Origin: a virus
DNA length: 64,000 nt
Direction: 5' to 3' (one strand)
Virus record (IMG/VR): IMGVR_UViG_3300020810_001175
Coordinates: 1-64,000 of that record
In this document: positions 20,001 to 28,603 of the stretch, piece by piece
Numbering within the stretch: the stretch's first letter is position 1
How the letters are laid out: each line of letters opens with the position of its first letter
Translations under genes and position numbers: made by a program
The notes under the pieces: model-generated
What the model was told of the DNA's origin: nothing
Database searches by the model: none
What the model saw: the letters and a program-made list of their open reading frames with translations, nothing else

Positions 20001-21064
20001 TAGCATTATCAACTATCAAACAGACTGTGTTCCTAATGAGATTGGCTCCATCAGTTTCCAATGCCTTAATTGGAGATTTAGGAGATAGAGATCTATTAAA
20101 CAGAGCTCAGTTGCTACTGGATGGTATTGAAATTACCACAGAACCAGTTACAGCAGGACAAACACAAGGTCAGTTGGTTATTCAGGGAGTAATAAATCCG
20201 CAGAACTATCCTATTGATCCAGCAGACATAGGTTGGACAGGTCTACAAACAACTGCCCAAGGTGGTCAGCCAAGTTTTGCTCAAATTGCTCCGGGTGGAT
20301 CTGTTAACTGGAACGGTGGTGCTTCAATCACAACTCAAACATCAGATACTCAAGCACTGATGACATCAACTTCTAATAACTGGTTCAATGTTGGAGGAAA
20401 CAGAAATTACACTTACTTCTTAGAAGCAGATTGGGAAGGCAAAGGACACGTGGTAGGTATGTCAGTTACTTCAGGTCAATTCCCAGCAAACACAGTGGTC
20501 ACACAGATTCAAGATAACGGATCTTACTACTTTGTAAGATTCTCAAATAGACACACAGGAATATCGGCAGGACAAGCAGTTACTTTTTCTTATGGTGGTG
20601 ATCTAACAGGAACAAACTACTTGTTCTTTGATCCTGCATCATGGGAAGCCGCAGGTGCTACAAGTGGTACAGAAGTAGACACTTCAGTTTCTACAGAATT
20701 TCCACCAGGCACAACTGTACAACAGGTGTATGCTAAAACTGTGTTTGGTTCAACAGAATATTACAGAGTTGAATTTAACCAAACGTTTAGTGGAACAATT
20801 TCGGCGGCAAGTTCGATTACATTCAAATTTGGTAATCCACCATATGCACAACCAGGTGAAACAATATTCTCATTCATTGCCCAACCAGGTGAAAGAGCAA
20901 CATTGGCTCTAGACAAAATCAAAGTGTTAACAAACACTACACTGGGCGGTAGAGGTACATTCCCGAACGGTCCGGACGTATTAGCAATCAACGTATTCAG
21001 AACTGCTGGTACAGGAGATGTTTCAGGTACGGTAACACTTCGTTGGTCAGAAGCACAAGCGTAA
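14027..21064 (+). CDS. Giant virion structural/tail fibre protein with tandem beta-rich repeats
   Basis: 2345 aa, Gly/Thr/Ser-rich; about 8 repeats with GG.(T/S)P.ND core; N-terminal D.RYGGN repeats; lectin-like RYQSGKG...IQFSWYGAG region. Confidence 0.75.
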   Translation: MAKKRINTYKFTPGIPQSGNLFPNAWAQINANYEWLKDESSAYIDAKIVEDTAANLYPNTSTRYLNNKEYVKAEVAAWVAVQVAGNIAPFAGYTKTATEIKNDVGNVIEAAYLDTRYGGNENIRKQSQTYYIDGVLQLAAAGEPEIAYMEKARDIFDLYIFPGLAYSSINTDGLSQNTSGTNAEVNGRTGYLANINVVINVVDNGILQLPALVSSAYVFANFTYDSALCQRDMGYNITGILTDLRYGGNQQSRYNASTYWVGTVSVLDGDRQPELAVKNEIRNIINNYVIPGQAFSSRQSPVVTQQTILPTPGEAGATARVTTLVGIITDVITNGLDNLPTQVNNGISSVKIPERVEQNEILLITNTTTNTVLYTFNDPSKGATVTYQREFAEDTSNPTAFVDPDFPKAYHGNDTITTIFLNADTSADSSTDNIQIFVEEDEIRTRPYDFGTDAIERLRVAQPESMLDADFEYGLQPTKWSAIATQRGYPSIYEVPGTDFDIASVTSDASAGTQGIGSSLITVTTIGPHGFEAGQPFTITGFDNAVQGASRAAGSFVVNTVPDTRSFTYYAKAKVGQANPTTISTTSTQLREGDFYTGASIGFPSFSVASNGSSGNFVTSLGVLSGSTILPYTGVQPELGAPLTGTGIQQGTQITAVNGSGGALAAPTVTGDYSAGATEITVADSSGIIQNSVIDRGDGFAVTIINVAGNSLTLSAPLNQALIGDVTQYTNLPGLNVAPQGQLARFDIFRVGGAYSVSLVTNGQVGTGQDYEVGDAIVVSGTELGGATPANDATITVESVSTGGEITAASISGTAFTGTGTASAVTPVFQGGVGTGAQINLTKNNQTYSVALNNPQYTNKSVDVFPGAVGVGAVFDVTVDAGVYTAVTINNAGGSYIQNDVIRINGSVFGGNNDNNLDIRVTGVGGSGEIQTISWAGTAPAQTATYNAATYTTASAGGLTAVFNVTRTGTTYSATVSGIGNGYSATDTLTFAGTVLGGASPANDMTLTVDSVDGNGGILTFTVTGTSVDTNSYPGLNSGTNVGGQNATFDVTISGTSYTVTLNNPGDDYGVGQQLKILGTSLGGQSPTNDVTITVSTVSGAGASAIATVSSTGTAALNGTSGYKVGDLFYINGTDAGGATPTNDAYVNVSSVNVDGGITGLSVSGTGTDANVDYTSVAYTTSGTGTGAVVDINRTGTTYSATFTNNGSNFAALDTITILGTAVGGLSPTNDVTITIDTVTGGAIATYTVSGTAVNSVTYTNINKSLRVGSGLTVDVTLNAGSYTLAINTAGSNFNADQEFKILGTQVFGSSPTNDLTFTITSVDAVSTGVVTAISAATGTANTGTGNALNVEGTNRTPIGVGAQFSVTRTNDTDSSTSYTECTVVQSGSNYSVGDRIKISGTSLGGQTPANDVIVRVQAINTGGGVTQNTHSGVAIGGTGLSVYSSVTISDPTSTSINQGATISYSALATIRVTFTTPHGLVPGNAFLVVIQSDDGANNHILASGPFLATSIPSSTSLTYQVRSPGAITDSGWQGAVYGRPDSFFVHRPFDGGVQLGTGGPAHGAQAIRQSKKYIRYQSGKGCMYTTGALFAPSYDILNLTADGISAGSTITVTTDDVDHNLQVGAQIRLVGIATSGYDGTYTITSVLNERSFTVIAKITLGGTTPEFTDQPQVSLYKWNGATVRSGIFDDQNGIFWEYDGQTTNAVQRTATRQLAGTVAVTPNSNTVTGTGTRFREQIKAGDRVVIRGMTHVVSGVDNNTTAYITPDYRGVNASSGVKMCAVVDKKAKQSEFNRDRLDGTGPSGYNWDVSKMQMIGIQFSWYGAGFIDWMCRGQKGEFIFSHRMRNSNVNTEAFMRTGNQPVRYEVTNEGPNGKLLENIDASATSITLEDASFFPTTGGTVYIDNEIITFTGITNDTLTGCTRAAQLTNFAAGATRSYSAGAAAPHFRNTGVVLISNTASPIISHWGSAYLTDGNFDEDRGYLFSYSGSGLALSTIKQTVFLMRLAPSVSNALIGDLGDRDLLNRAQLLLDGIEITTEPVTAGQTQGQLVIQGVINPQNYPIDPADIGWTGLQTTAQGGQPSFAQIAPGGSVNWNGGASITTQTSDTQALMTSTSNNWFNVGGNRNYTYFLEADWEGKGHVVGMSVTSGQFPANTVVTQIQDNGSYYFVRFSNRHTGISAGQAVTFSYGGDLTGTNYLFFDPASWEAAGATSGTEVDTSVSTEFPPGTTVQQVYAKTVFGSTEYYRVEFNQTFSGTISAASSITFKFGNPPYAQPGETIFSFIAQPGERATLALDKIKVLTNTTLGGRGTFPNGPDVLAINVFRTAGTGDVSGTVTLRWSEAQA

Positions 21065-21068
21065 AAAA

Positions 21069-21449
21069 CTATTCGTTATTTTGTATTTTTTGAGAATCAC
21101 CAGGAATGATTCTGTAATTATCTTCAGGATCGTCAGCAGTGCTAACTTCAGTTATACTGCCTCTTTCACTTAACAATTGAACTTGATGTGGCATCAAAGG
21201 AAGGTTCCTCCAAGTTTCACCTTCTTTTAATTCTTTTGTGAACAGTGTTGCTGTTTTTGTATCTATGTAACTGAGTAAAAATTTACCTTCGTTTACAAAC
21301 CAAGTCTCGTCTTTGGTTTTATGAAAATGCATTGAAAATTTTGCACCTCTTTTTTCAAATACCATGATTTTACCACAGTACTTGTCGTTGGACGCCCATA
21401 TTAATTCGTAACCCCAACCTTTTTTAACTTGTCCTTCTTTATTAATCAT
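21069..21449 (-). CDS. Cupin, sugar isomerase-like
   Basis: KKGWGYELIW, SMHFHKTKDETW, PHQ, EVST cupin motifs. Confidence 0.7.
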   Translation of the reverse strand: MINKEGQVKKGWGYELIWASNDKYCGKIMVFEKRGAKFSMHFHKTKDETWFVNEGKFLLSYIDTKTATLFTKELKEGETWRNLPLMPHQVQLLSERGSITEVSTADDPEDNYRIIPGDSQKIQNNE

Positions 21450-22257
21450 TTAGATATTGCTCAACTGTTTTAAATTGTATTGTAACATTTTTATTTAATT
21501 GTGTCAAATCTGCACAGGTGTAAGACTGATATTGCCCTTTGAGTTCTGCTGGCATTGGTATGGTTTCTATTTTGGCCCCATATTTTTTGGCAACAGAATC
21601 GGCCACAGATTGAAAGGATGTTGGCACCCCTGTTCCCACATTGAATATTCCACTAACATCTTGTTGTAGCATTTGACTATGTACTGTGCATACATCGTCT
21701 ACACAAACAAAATCTCTTTTGTATTGATCACTATTTTCAAAAACTTTAATCACTCCTGTTTCTTTGGCTTGTTGAGTAAATTTTGTTACGGGAGATGCTT
21801 GATTACCTTTGTGTTCTTCGTGAGCACCGTACACATTAAAATATCTAAAACCCTGTACCAATACTTTAAAATCTCCCATTGCCTGCATAACAAATCTATC
21901 AAATAGATATTTGCTCCAAGCATACGGTGATTGTGGATATAATGGTCCAGATTCTTTAAAATGAGTTGTGTTGCCATACACACTGGCTGAACTGGCATAT
22001 TGAAAATTAGTGCCCATAGTATCACACATTTGTAATAGTTTTAGACTGTATTCATAATTTTGATCCATGATCAATTCAACATCTCTTTCTGTGGTTGAAC
22101 TGATTGCTCCTAAATGAATAACCCAATCATATTGACTAGGATCAGGAAATCGATTAGGAACATATTCAAAACATTCTACTTCATGTTGTTGATCCATTAA
22201 ATGATTAACTAAATTTTGTCCAATAAATCCTGCTGAACCTGTTACACAAATTTTCAT
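21442..22257 (-). CDS. hldD: ADP-L-glycero-D-manno-heptose 6-epimerase
   Basis: VTGSAGFIG, HLGAISSTTE, YASSASVYG, YAWSK, GFRYFNVYG..E.HKG.QAS, RDFV, YQSYTCAD; start set at the ATGA overlap at 22257. Confidence 0.88.
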   Translation of the reverse strand: MKICVTGSAGFIGQNLVNHLMDQQHEVECFEYVPNRFPDPSQYDWVIHLGAISSTTERDVELIMDQNYEYSLKLLQMCDTMGTNFQYASSASVYGNTTHFKESGPLYPQSPYAWSKYLFDRFVMQAMGDFKVLVQGFRYFNVYGAHEEHKGNQASPVTKFTQQAKETGVIKVFENSDQYKRDFVCVDDVCTVHSQMLQQDVSGIFNVGTGVPTSFQSVADSVAKKYGAKIETIPMPAELKGQYQSYTCADLTQLNKNVTIQFKTVEQYLND

Positions 22258-22850
22258 ATCCAAGTTTCCACTATTTTTTTAAATTCTTCAGGCCAGATAT
22301 CTTTAACTAACTTATTTGTATTGTCAGTCATAAAATTAATATTGATATTGATTCTTGATCTTTTATCTGTGCAAGTTGATCCACTGTGTTTTTTATTGCT
22401 AGGAAATATAATCATAGAATTTGCTACACTATCTATTTTAGTTCCGTCTTCAAATTCTGTATATCCATTGTTTGTGTTAACGTAATATATTGCTGTCCAA
22501 CTTAAAGGCACTGTGGTATCTGTGTGAAATCCGTGCGATACTTGGCTGTCATTTCCTGGTATATTGTTTGCTTTTACTCTAATAAAACTGTAAGGTTGAA
22601 GTATCTCAAAAATAGGGAACAACATCTGCCAATTTTCATGTGAAGTTATCACCGTGGAATTCTGATGGAACCAATGCACAAATTGTACTTGATATTTTGT
22701 ATCAGTCATCATGTCTTTTGTGTCCACAACGTGGTCATTGTAAAACCAAGGAAATCTATCAGAAGTTAATTGTTGTTGTAAAATATCAAATGCTTTTTGA
22801 TTCAAAACATTTGTACAAATCAATTTACTTTTTTCTATTTTAGTTTCCAT
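22254..22850 (-). CDS. 2OG-Fe(II) oxygenase-like protein
   Basis: RVKAN, FHTD (HxD), TAIYYVNTNNGYT.F, FPSNKKHSG, R..ININ. Confidence 0.75.
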   Translation of the reverse strand: METKIEKSKLICTNVLNQKAFDILQQQLTSDRFPWFYNDHVVDTKDMMTDTKYQVQFVHWFHQNSTVITSHENWQMLFPIFEILQPYSFIRVKANNIPGNDSQVSHGFHTDTTVPLSWTAIYYVNTNNGYTEFEDGTKIDSVANSMIIFPSNKKHSGSTCTDKRSRINININFMTDNTNKLVKDIWPEEFKKIVETWI

Positions 22851-24090
22851 TTTTAAATTTTTCTAATATATTTGTAGTTGAAAAACCTTGTACAGTTGGA
22901 AATATTACAACTTCAGCCATATCATTACCCACTGTGGTTTCTATCGTGTAATCTCCACCTTTAACTATCACATTAGGTTGATGTATTTTAATTGCTTCTA
23001 AAGGAGTATCTTCATCGAACACAACCACTTTGTCTACCCATGGTAATTGTAGCAACTGTTGTTCTCTGATTAATGTGTTGTTTAAAGGTCTATCGTTTCC
23101 TTTTAATCTTTTTACACTGGCATCTGAATTAATACCCACAATCAATTTGTCTCCTTGCAGTTTGGCAAATTTTAAAAGTTCTAAATGTCCTTTGTGTAGT
23201 ATATCAAACACACCGTTGGTCCAAACAATTCTATCTTCGATATCAGTTTTTTTAACCACAGTAACTCCTCTGTGTTGTACGACTCTACTTGCACCTTTCA
23301 ATGCTTTTTCACAAGCATCTATCATTGAACTGCCTTGTTCATGATAATAAACAATGATTGCTAATACTGTGTCACCAGCACCACTGACATCTGCCAACTC
23401 AACAGCATCTCCTGTGATGTGTTTGTATATGTTCTCTCCCACAACATGAATACCATTAGCACCATCGGTAACAATTAACCATTGCCAATTGTGATGTATT
23501 CTTTTTATGTCTGCTGTGTGTGGATCAAATTTACCAAACCAATTTTCGTATTCTTTCATGTTGGGTTTAATCAAATATGAGCCGTAATAAATGTTGGGAT
23601 CTTGCTTGGGATCTACATAAATTCTTTTGACTTTGTCTTGAATACGTCTCACTAGATGTTCTTTAACAACACCTTTGTTGTAATCACTAATAATAACAAT
23701 GTCATTGTTTTGTAAATTTTTAAGTAAAGTTTCTTGTGGTGTATCGCGTGTGTATTCTTCCTCTTTGTCCAGTCTTAACAGGTGCTGTCCATCAGGTCCT
23801 ATCATACGTGTTTTGGTAGTGGTTGCAGAACCATCCTGACATAGGTAGGTTTTAATGCTGTTTTCTAGTAAAATTTCCTGTATTTTATGTCCTGGGGCAT
23901 CGTTGCCCACCGATCCATACAGATGCGTGTCTGCGCCAAGATTTGACAGGTTTAAAGCGAGGTTTCCAGCGCCTCCTACGTTGTGATTACGTGTGTATTC
24001 TTTTAATACTAGTGCAGATGCTTCAGGAGACACTTTGGTACAATCTCCTTGCACCCATATGTCCAACATAACATCGCCAATTATTTTCAT
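22840..24090 (-). CDS. hldE: Bifunctional heptose-7-phosphate kinase / heptose-1-phosphate adenylyltransferase
   Basis: IGDVMLD, VSPEA, GGAGN, SDYNKG, VDPK, KPN, DVSGAGDT (PfkB kinase) fused to TNGVFDILHKGH, GINSDASVKRLKG..RP, KGGDY, STT (cytidylyltransferase-like). Confidence 0.92.
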   Translation of the reverse strand: MKIIGDVMLDIWVQGDCTKVSPEASALVLKEYTRNHNVGGAGNLALNLSNLGADTHLYGSVGNDAPGHKIQEILLENSIKTYLCQDGSATTTKTRMIGPDGQHLLRLDKEEEYTRDTPQETLLKNLQNNDIVIISDYNKGVVKEHLVRRIQDKVKRIYVDPKQDPNIYYGSYLIKPNMKEYENWFGKFDPHTADIKRIHHNWQWLIVTDGANGIHVVGENIYKHITGDAVELADVSGAGDTVLAIIVYYHEQGSSMIDACEKALKGASRVVQHRGVTVVKKTDIEDRIVWTNGVFDILHKGHLELLKFAKLQGDKLIVGINSDASVKRLKGNDRPLNNTLIREQQLLQLPWVDKVVVFDEDTPLEAIKIHQPNVIVKGGDYTIETTVGNDMAEVVIFPTVQGFSTTNILEKFKNGN

Positions 24091-24521
24091 TTGATCAATC
24101 TTAACATTTTAAACACAGTGTCTAATTTAATCTGATTAGTCTTATTTTGAAAAGTTTTGCGTAAACCTTGATGTAACGGTTTGGGCCAATTGCCAAAACT
24201 TACCCAAGCATATCCATCGTGTTCTGTGTTTAAATGTGGAATAAATTCTTTTTCAACCACACAAAGATATGTGTGATACAGAAAGTTTTCATCATTACTA
24301 ATGAACGTTTCCATAGGTATGGTTTTTCTGATTGGTTGTTCTCCAATTTCTTCTTTGATTTCTCTTTGAAGTCCTTCCCACAAATTTTGATCTGTGGTAG
24401 TGGTTCCGCCAACTAATCCCCAAACATTGTTCTGTTTGCTTTGGGCTCTGTGTAATAATAAAAAACGTTTTGTGTCTAGTGTATAGAAGAGTGCCCCGCA
24501 CCCTACAATTTTATTGCTCAT
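24087..24521 (-). CDS. Nudix hydrolase
   Basis: WGLVGG...REIKEEIG Nudix box (first conserved Glu replaced by Gln), LNTEHDGYAW; start reassigned to MSNKIVG at 24521. Confidence 0.8.
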   Translation of the reverse strand: MSNKIVGCGALFYTLDTKRFLLLHRAQSKQNNVWGLVGGTTTTDQNLWEGLQREIKEEIGEQPIRKTIPMETFISNDENFLYHTYLCVVEKEFIPHLNTEHDGYAWVSFGNWPKPLHQGLRKTFQNKTNQIKLDTVFKMLRLIK

Positions 24522-24537
24522 GTAATTAATTATGTGA

Positions 24538-25965
24538 CTATTGAATCTTCCAGGTGCCTTTTCGATACTCGCCTTCGAATGATAATAACCATTCTGTACC
24601 ATTCCATTTGTACTGCACACCGGTATTTAAATTGGTAATATATTTGATACTGAAATTACTTGCTGTTGCTGGATTGGCACTGGCATCAAAAATAACCTGC
24701 CAATTTGTTCCATTCCATTCAATAATATCATTTTCGCCTGCCACTAAATCGATATTGCTGTCGCCTTTCCAAGCATCTGCTCCGTCGACGTTATCAGCAC
24801 TTCCAATGCCTTTCAATAATAATAATCTTTTACCAGTTTGCTTAACACTTGATGGATCAAACTTTGTAGGATCCACTATAAAATCAACTGATCCACTTGT
24901 TGTACCTGGGCCTACAATCACCGTGTCTGTGGGTAATGTATCTTCATCCCAGTCTATTAATAGTTGATAAGGATTGCTTTCGTTGATAGCAACTGTGCCC
25001 ACTACTTGAGCATCTATACCTTCTCTGTTGAGATAAATTTTACTCAATCCATTTTTATAATTAGGTATTGTGTCGACATTGCCATTCCATACTAAACCAC
25101 CTATTACACCTTTGGTTACTATTTGTGCCACACTGCCTAACACATAGATGTCATAATTAATTCCTGTTGTGCCTAATACAGCATCAGTGTCTTTTCTAAC
25201 AGCATTACCTTTGTCATCTAATTTAATACTGTTTTCATAACCGTCTTGATATGCTTTTAATTCTGGCATTGTTTGACTTAGATCAATATTGCCAGATTGT
25301 TCATTGAATATACTTGTGATTATATGAGTAATAACTCCAAGTTTCTTAACCTTTGTAGGAGGTGAAATATATATTGGAGTTGTAAATCCTAATGTAGCAA
25401 CATCAACTTCTGTTTCAGTACCTAGTGGAATAGTTCTAGAAGAAAAATTAATATTTGCTAATTCGACCACACTTAAACTCGTCCAATCCACATAGTTGTC
25501 TGTGGTTTGTATTTCTAATGATGGATTAAACAACATCATTATTTGTTCCATTATTTGTAATTTTTGTTCAGTATTTGATGTCCAAATATCCACATTTAAT
25601 GTCAGTGTGTATGGTGTAGGCATTAAACGTTCCACAGTAACATTTTTGCCTTGTGTATTTAGATATTCATTATTGTTACTGTCGTATGCTCTTTCTCTGA
25701 TATGAATTTTACTTACAAAACTAGCATCAGACAAACGAGTTCTATCCATTTCTAAATTCGTAACATATACTCCCATTCTTGGTACTGAAGGCAGTTTGTT
25801 TTCTGAATTGTCTCTTATGATGTGTCCAACCTGTCTAGAAATATCACCATACATAACAGGTATTGTTTTTAAATTACCACTACCATCTTTGTATGAAAAA
25901 TTACTCATCAGTCTAATAATTTGAGTAATATATCTTCTAATCTGTCCGTCGTAGAAAAACTGCAT
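24538..25965 (-). CDS. gp15: Tail sheath stabiliser/tail terminator (T4 gp15-like) with C-terminal extension
   Basis: FFYDGQIRRY, IPVMYG, P.PY.L...VDIW..N..QKLQI.EQI..LFNP; C-terminal NDIIEWNGTNW / YKWNGTEW motifs. Confidence 0.7.
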   Translation of the reverse strand: MQFFYDGQIRRYITQIIRLMSNFSYKDGSGNLKTIPVMYGDISRQVGHIIRDNSENKLPSVPRMGVYVTNLEMDRTRLSDASFVSKIHIRERAYDSNNNEYLNTQGKNVTVERLMPTPYTLTLNVDIWTSNTEQKLQIMEQIMMLFNPSLEIQTTDNYVDWTSLSVVELANINFSSRTIPLGTETEVDVATLGFTTPIYISPPTKVKKLGVITHIITSIFNEQSGNIDLSQTMPELKAYQDGYENSIKLDDKGNAVRKDTDAVLGTTGINYDIYVLGSVAQIVTKGVIGGLVWNGNVDTIPNYKNGLSKIYLNREGIDAQVVGTVAINESNPYQLLIDWDEDTLPTDTVIVGPGTTSGSVDFIVDPTKFDPSSVKQTGKRLLLLKGIGSADNVDGADAWKGDSNIDLVAGENDIIEWNGTNWQVIFDASANPATASNFSIKYITNLNTGVQYKWNGTEWLLSFEGEYRKGTWKIQ

Positions 25966-27122
25966 TAATTATCCGCCTTTGGTCTGAGTGCTTTGGATAA
26001 ACTCTGTCTTTCTGTAACAGTTTCTCCAGCAATGGTTGATGTTTTAGTATTGTTTACAAATGTGCCTTTTAAATTACTTCTTGTGTCAGTGTTAGATAAT
26101 GTCATACGCACATTATCTTCCATTTTAACCCAACGACCACCATCGTATCTAAATAATCTGTTTGGTAAAAAATCTGTTCTTAAAAAATAACTGCCTTTAT
26201 CGGACTGTGCTGGAAATGATATGCCAAATCCAAACTGTTCACCATTAGGTGGAACACCATCTCCCAATAGATATCCATCATAGCCTTCTTTAGTAGGAGT
26301 TTGATTTACTCTATCTGTAAGTGTGTTAGCAGTTGAAGTATCTAATGTTGAAATATCTGTGGTTACTAATTCAGGTTTACCTTTATCATCAACTTGTAAT
26401 GTATAGAAATGAGCAATGTCATATCCTGATTTAGGAGCATCTGCTTGTGCCTGAGCCACCACAGCATTATTAATTTGCATTTCTGCTTCATATGTAGACA
26501 GTACATCTCTTAATGTCTGTCCATTACCTGCTCCTGCATCTTTATCTAATATTTCTTTAAATTCTTGTGAATCGTATATTTGTTTTAGTTTTACTCTATA
26601 TAAATGAGGATACCAAGTTTGTGAAAAACCTTCTGCCGCTCTGTTAACATCTTCTACAACATAAAATCTTTTCAATGCTACATTGAAATCATTCAATGCA
26701 TATTCATCTTTTAAATGTGGTAATTCAAAAACATCACCTGGCATCACTTTTCTGCCAAGAGTTTTCACACTGGTTGTGATTGGTATAGTCATGAATAATG
26801 TATCATTCTGTAAAAATAATCCAAACTGACTCATATCGAAGTCAATATCTTGAACGTTATAGATGCCTCTTATACTATAAACATCTTGATCGTATTTTCT
26901 ATCTCTATTCTCCAGGAATAACATATCTTGTATGTTAGTTTCTTTGACAGCATCATATCTAGGCTGTGCCGCAGTGGCATCTGCTTCGTCTGGATTTTTA
27001 GGTCCTAGGTATTTGTGAACAAATACGTCGGTACCGCCCACAGTGAACATTTCGACCACTGTTTTGTCTAAAAATGTGTAATCGTTCCCTTTTTCTGGTT
27101 TATAAAGACTTAATCTTGGCAT
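25965..27122 (-). CDS. gp14: Neck/head-closure protein (T4 gp14-like)
   Basis: DMSQFGLFLQND.LF, GRKVMPGDVFELPHL; adjacent to gp13- and gp15-like genes; start reassigned to MPRLSLY (27122, or 27128). Confidence 0.6.
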   Translation of the reverse strand: MPRLSLYKPEKGNDYTFLDKTVVEMFTVGGTDVFVHKYLGPKNPDEADATAAQPRYDAVKETNIQDMLFLENRDRKYDQDVYSIRGIYNVQDIDFDMSQFGLFLQNDTLFMTIPITTSVKTLGRKVMPGDVFELPHLKDEYALNDFNVALKRFYVVEDVNRAAEGFSQTWYPHLYRVKLKQIYDSQEFKEILDKDAGAGNGQTLRDVLSTYEAEMQINNAVVAQAQADAPKSGYDIAHFYTLQVDDKGKPELVTTDISTLDTSTANTLTDRVNQTPTKEGYDGYLLGDGVPPNGEQFGFGISFPAQSDKGSYFLRTDFLPNRLFRYDGGRWVKMEDNVRMTLSNTDTRSNLKGTFVNNTKTSTIAGETVTERQSLSKALRPKADN

Positions 27123-27128
27123 AGACAT

Positions 27129-27150
27129 ATATTTATCGGACGATAAATAT
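27129..27150. promoter_or_regulatory. Back-to-back divergent late promoters forming a perfect inverted repeat
   Basis: ATATTTATCG-GA-CGATAAATAT; each arm contains GATAAATA pointing into the gp14-like (-) or gp13-like (+) gene. Confidence 0.7.
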
Positions 27151-27166
27151 GTATAAGGAAAACTGT

Positions 27167-27925
27167 ATGAGCGATTTGACCACACAAAAGCAAGAGATAT
27201 TTGATTACGTATACACCAGCCTAGGCGGTGGTATGGTCGATGTAGAACTGGATCCAGCACACTACGAAACAGCATTGCAAGACGCTTTGGATAGATTTAG
27301 ACAGAGATCAGACAATTCAGTAGAAGAAAGTTATATGTTTTTGCCACTGATATTGGATCAAAATGACTATATCTTGCCAAATGAAGTTATAGAAGTAAGA
27401 CAAATTTTTAGAAGATCAATTGGATCACGTTCTGGAGGTGGTCAAGGTGGTACAGTTTTTGAACCGTTCAATCTTGCGTACACAAACACTTATCTATTAG
27501 CCAGTTCAAATATGGGTGGAGTTGCAACGTATAATATGTTTGCTCAACATCAGGAATTAGTAGGACGTATGTTTGGATCCTTCATTGAATTCAAATGGAA
27601 TCCAACCACTCACAAATTAACAATTCTTCAAAGACCAAGAGCAGGCGAAGAAGTACTGTTAGAGTGCTATAATTACAGACCAGATTCAGAACTACTTAAA
27701 GATTATTTGGCAAAAAAATGGTTAAAAGATTACACTTTGGCAAAATCTAAATTTATGTTAGGCGAAGCCAGAAGCAAATTTAATACCATAGCAGGTCCAC
27801 AAGGTGGTACTTCACTAAACGGTGACGCTCTTAAACAAGAAGCTCAAGCAGAAATGGAACGTTTAGAATTGGAAGTGAAAACACAAACTAGTGGTGGTGT
27901 TGGATATTCCTTCACAATTGGTTAA
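27167..27925 (+). CDS. gp13: Neck protein (T4 gp13-like head-tail adaptor)
   Basis: LGGGMVDVELD, WLKDYTLA..K..LGEARSKF..IAGPQGG..LNGD.LK.EA..E; AAGGA RBS before ATG 27167. Confidence 0.8.
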   Translation: MSDLTTQKQEIFDYVYTSLGGGMVDVELDPAHYETALQDALDRFRQRSDNSVEESYMFLPLILDQNDYILPNEVIEVRQIFRRSIGSRSGGGQGGTVFEPFNLAYTNTYLLASSNMGGVATYNMFAQHQELVGRMFGSFIEFKWNPTTHKLTILQRPRAGEEVLLECYNYRPDSELLKDYLAKKWLKDYTLAKSKFMLGEARSKFNTIAGPQGGTSLNGDALKQEAQAEMERLELEVKTQTSGGVGYSFTIG

Positions 27926-27932
27926 TTCTTAG

Positions 27933-27961
27933 TTGACAATTCAATAAACATATAGTAATAT
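27933..27961 (+). promoter_or_regulatory. Sigma70-type promoter
   Basis: TTGACA-17 bp-TAATAT, 6 nt before ATG 27968. Confidence 0.55.
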
Positions 27962-27967
27962 TACTGT

Positions 27968-28603
27968 ATGACTCATCAAACAATACCTTTATTTTCTGTG
28001 CCTTTGCACAAAACCAATATAGGTGTTATGGATCCGATTGAAAAAACTTGGGTAAAGAATTTACATTTTCCTCCACAGAGTGTCGGTTTATACAATGCTG
28101 ACGAAGAACCAAAAAATGCAGGAATGAAAGTTTTGGACCAACCACAAATTAAAAAACTTAAACATAAAATTTTAGAATCAGTAAACCACTTCACAAGAGA
28201 AATTCTAGATATTGAGCAAACATTTGAATTAACTACCAGTTGGATAAACAAATATGGAAAAGAAGATAGAAATCATCAACATTCTCATCCAAACGCAATG
28301 ATCAGCGGAGTATACTATATTGAAAGCGATGAAACGTCTGCTCCTATTATTTTTAATAAACCTTATTTTCATACTAATCTTTTTCATTCCACTTTTCAAC
28401 CAACCTTTAAAAATACTAACAACAATCAATACAATCTAGATTACTATGGATTTAATCCTACTTCAGGTGATTTGTTTATTTTTCCTTCTTGGTTAGAACA
28501 CACTGTTCCTCCACAAGAATCTAGTAAAATTAGATGGAGTCTAGCATTCAATTGTTTTGTTAGAGGAAAACTAGGTGTAGGCACTAAACAATTAGAATTA
28601 TGA
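27968..28603 (+). CDS. Putative 2OG-Fe(II) oxygenase (TIGR02466-like)
   Basis: SWINKY, HSHPNAMISGVYY, GDLFIFPSWLEHTV, RWSLAFN. Confidence 0.8.
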   Translation: MTHQTIPLFSVPLHKTNIGVMDPIEKTWVKNLHFPPQSVGLYNADEEPKNAGMKVLDQPQIKKLKHKILESVNHFTREILDIEQTFELTTSWINKYGKEDRNHQHSHPNAMISGVYYIESDETSAPIIFNKPYFHTNLFHSTFQPTFKNTNNNQYNLDYYGFNPTSGDLFIFPSWLEHTVPPQESSKIRWSLAFNCFVRGKLGVGTKQLEL

